From Kiritimatiellia bacterium (GTDB taxonomy: Bacteria > Verrucomicrobiota > Kiritimatiellia > RFP12 > DVOR01): 64,000 nucleotides of DNA. The notes beneath the pieces were generated by a model. That model had not been told where the DNA came from. It saw only the letters and a list, made by a program, of their open reading frames with translations, and ran no database searches. The translations under genes were made by a program, and so were the position numbers. Location of the stretch: contig JAVBLT010000017.1 of NCBI GenBank assembly GCA_031553315.1, positions 25,696-89,695 on the forward strand, given 5' to 3'. Numbering within the stretch: position 1 is the stretch's first letter; every line of letters begins with the position of its first letter. This document shows, piece by piece, positions 62,055 through 64,000 of the stretch.

Positions 62055-63260
62055 ATGAGCGAAAGCGACGCCCTCAGCCGCGACCTGATCCATGAAATCT
62101 CAACCCGCGTGTTCGACGAACCCGGCTTCATCAAGCTCACCCAGTCGCTCCGGCGCGGCGGCAAGCTCTTCCGCGTGAGCCTGCGCCCGGTGCTCCTGCG
62201 CGGCGAAACCGCCTTTCAGGGCGAAATGATCGACGACGGCCAGACCCTCGTCAAAAACCTCACCCCCATCACCGCCCGCGAAGGGCTCGACGATCTCCTC
62301 GCCCAGCAAGGCGCCCGCGACCTTCACCTCATCACCGAAAGCGGCGACCTCCATCTGCGCGTCACCAAAAAAGGCCGCGTGCTCGTGGCCCGCAGCGGCG
62401 CCCTCCCCCCCCGAAAAGCCCCGCCCCCCACGCATGACCGCGTGAAAAAACAGCCCCTGACCTCCTTCGATTCCGCCGCCCTCCTGCGCGTGATCGGCCT
62501 GGCCGACGCCAATGGCGCCCTCAAGCCCTCCATGCGCGGCAAATACGACCAAGTCAACGAATTCCTGCGCGAGCTCGAAGCGATCCTGCCCGAGCTCCCG
62601 CCGGGGAGCGCATTTTCCTTCGTCGACTGCGGCTGCGGCAAAGCCTACCTCACCCTCGCCGCGCACCAGTACCTGACCCATGCCCGCGCGCTCAAAGTGA
62701 CCGCCGTGGGCATCGACCGGCGCGCCGACGTGATCGAAGCCGCCCAAAAGATGGCCGCCGCGCTCGACATCGCCCCCGCCCTCACCTTCCAGACCCGCCC
62801 CATCCTCGAAGCCGAAATCGCCTTCGAGCCCTCCCTCGTGACAAGCCTGCACGCCTGCGACACCGCGACCGACGACGCCCTCGCCCTCGCCGTGCGCAAA
62901 GGCGCCCGCGCCATCCTCTGCGCCCCCTGCTGCCAGCACGAACTCCACAGCGCCCTCTCCGCCGGCGGCGGCCCCCTGCGCGCCCTCCTCCGCCACGGCA
63001 TCATCCGCGAGCGCCTTGCCGACCTCCTCACCGACACCTTCCGCGCCCAGATCCTGCGCATCCTCGGCTACCGCACCCGCGTGGTCGAGTTTGTCGCCGC
63101 CGACGCCACCGCCCGCAACATCCTCATCCGCGCCGAGCTCGGCGTGAAGCCCGGCCGCATTGAAGCCGTGCGCGAATACATCGAGCTGCGCGACTTCTGG
63201 AGCGTAAAACCCTACCTCGCCGAGGCACTCGCCCCCGAGCTCGGCCGGTTTTTCACCTGA
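62055..63260 (+). CDS. Class I SAM-dependent methyltransferase, substrate unknown
   Basis: 401 aa. Motif I FVDCGCGKAYLTL in the central region. N- and C-terminal regions are unassigned. Confidence 0.65.
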   Translation: MSESDALSRDLIHEISTRVFDEPGFIKLTQSLRRGGKLFRVSLRPVLLRGETAFQGEMIDDGQTLVKNLTPITAREGLDDLLAQQGARDLHLITESGDLHLRVTKKGRVLVARSGALPPRKAPPPTHDRVKKQPLTSFDSAALLRVIGLADANGALKPSMRGKYDQVNEFLRELEAILPELPPGSAFSFVDCGCGKAYLTLAAHQYLTHARALKVTAVGIDRRADVIEAAQKMAAALDIAPALTFQTRPILEAEIAFEPSLVTSLHACDTATDDALALAVRKGARAILCAPCCQHELHSALSAGGGPLRALLRHGIIRERLADLLTDTFRAQILRILGYRTRVVEFVAADATARNILIRAELGVKPGRIEAVREYIELRDFWSVKPYLAEALAPELGRFFT

Positions 63261-63389
63261 AACAACCCGCCCGCGTGCTTCCTTTTGTTTTCATTCCCAT
63301 AAAAAAGGCCGGAATCGCTTGCCTTCAAACCCCCCGCCTGATAAAATAGGGCACAAATAGCGGATATTCAGAACTTGGAGAGTCGAAAA

Positions 63390-64000
63390 ATGGTTACAGC
63401 AATTATTTTGGCCAGTGGAAAAGGCGAACGCATGGGCATGGGCGCCGCCGACAAATGCTTTCTCAGCCTCGGATCACGCCCGGTTTTAGCCTGGTCGCTG
63501 CTCGCCTTCGAAAAATGCAGCGACATCGACCGGATCGTCCTCACCGTGCGCAAAGAACAGCTCAACGCCGCCAAAGGCGTCTGCCAGATGTTCGGCATCT
63601 CCAAAATCCGCGCCATCGTCGCCGGAGGCGCCCGCCGCCAAGACTCCGTCCTCAACGGCCTCAAAGAAGCCGACCCCGATACCCGCTATGCGGTCATCCA
63701 CGACGCCGCCCGCCCCTGCGTCACCGCCGAGCTCATCTCCGAAACCATCAAATACGCCCGCCGCTACGGCAGCGGCATCGCCGCCGCGCCCGTGACCGAC
63801 ACCATCAAAATCGCCGAAAAAGGCATGTTCGTGGCCGCCACCCCCGACCGCGCCGCCCTCTGGGCCGCCGCCACCCCCCAGACCTTCCAATACGAAGCCA
63901 TCCTCAACGCCTACCGCCAGGCCGCCGAAAAGAAATCCGACACCTTCACCGACGACGCCTCCGTGCTTGAAGCCACCGGCGCAAAGCCCCGCCTCGTTGA
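63390..64000 (+). CDS. ispD: 2-C-methyl-D-erythritol 4-phosphate cytidylyltransferase, N-terminal ~203 codons (runs off the right edge)
   Basis: Not in the ORF track because there is no stop. My translation from ATG 63390 gives MVTAIILASGKGERMG..VAGGARRQDSV..IHDAARP..PVTDTIK, which are IspD motifs. Confidence 0.85.
   Translation, partial: MVTAIILASGKGERMGMGAADKCFLSLGSRPVLAWSLLAFEKCSDIDRIVLTVRKEQLNAAKGVCQMFGISKIRAIVAGGARRQDSVLNGLKEADPDTRYAVIHDAARPCVTAELISETIKYARRYGSGIAAAPVTDTIKIAEKGMFVAATPDRAALWAAATPQTFQYEAILNAYRQAAEKKSDTFTDDASVLEATGAKPRLV

Noticed and set aside
38900-62093. Large antisense ORFs such as 38900..40543, 40670..41851, 42223..43350, 47611..48462, 49627..50985, 55751..56686, 58536..59936, 60513..62093 and 62100..62996
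   Set aside because: Each lies opposite a confidently identified housekeeping gene and has repetitive G/A/E/H-rich translations. This is the high-GC open-frame artefact.
1-64000. Search for transposase, integrase, reverse transcriptase, restriction-modification, toxin-antitoxin, or known multi-gene defence or secretion operons
   Set aside because: No translated ORF on either strand showed the corresponding motifs (DDE/HUH, tyrosine recombinase RHRY context, YxDD, PD-(D/E)xK next to a methylase, and so on). The methyltransferase at 62055 stands alone next to housekeeping genes, so it was not called an R-M system.

Overview
High-GC (over 60% by eye) bacterial chromosomal window. It is most consistent with a PVC-superphylum organism (Kiritimatiellota/Verrucomicrobiota-like). 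That placement is an inference from PEP-CTERM-type tails, giant beta-helix/LRR/Listeria-Bacteroides-repeat surface proteins, and a ribosomal cluster lacking L30 and IF-1. Core content: (1) a tightly packed minus-strand array ispE, tRNA-Gln, prs, rplY, pth, rpsF, ssb, rpsR, rplI, dnaB (1-5851); (2) a co-directional array rnfABCDG, marC-family, M50 protease, ychF, PBP5-like carboxypeptidase, two small secreted proteins, GH20 hexosaminidase (12.6-23.4 kb); (3) azlCD; (4) fusA plus the S10/spc/alpha ribosomal-protein cluster with secY-adk-map (38.6-55.7 kb); (5) kdsA-lptC-lptA-lptB-hpf-hprK-ptsH-ptsI (55.9-62.0 kb); (6) a SAM methyltransferase and a partial ispD. Accessory content sits in three islands. 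Island (i), 5.9-11.7 kb, holds a 1459-aa beta-helix surface protein and a low-GC orphan ORF with UDG-superfamily-like motifs. Island (ii), 23.4-35.8 kb, holds a four-gene operon of uncharacterised secreted proteins ending in a PEP-CTERM protein, a 1.5-kb noncoding region with two long palindromes, and two tandem giant paralogs. Island (iii), 36.8-38.3 kb, holds two tandem paralogs with an unusual PLPG-type C-terminal sorting tail. All three giant proteins share a roughly 410-aa C-terminal module with no sorting signal I recognise. A roughly 160-bp TIR-bounded miniature element occurs four times. In three copies it abuts a TA and completes the stop codon of a secreted-protein gene. I saw no CRISPR array, rRNA, transposase, integrase, reverse transcriptase or classic toxin-antitoxin or defence operon. 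The candidates for something new are the surface-protein systems, their sorting tails and modules, the miniature repeats, and the UDG-like orphan. All functional calls rest on motif recognition by eye; no database search was possible.
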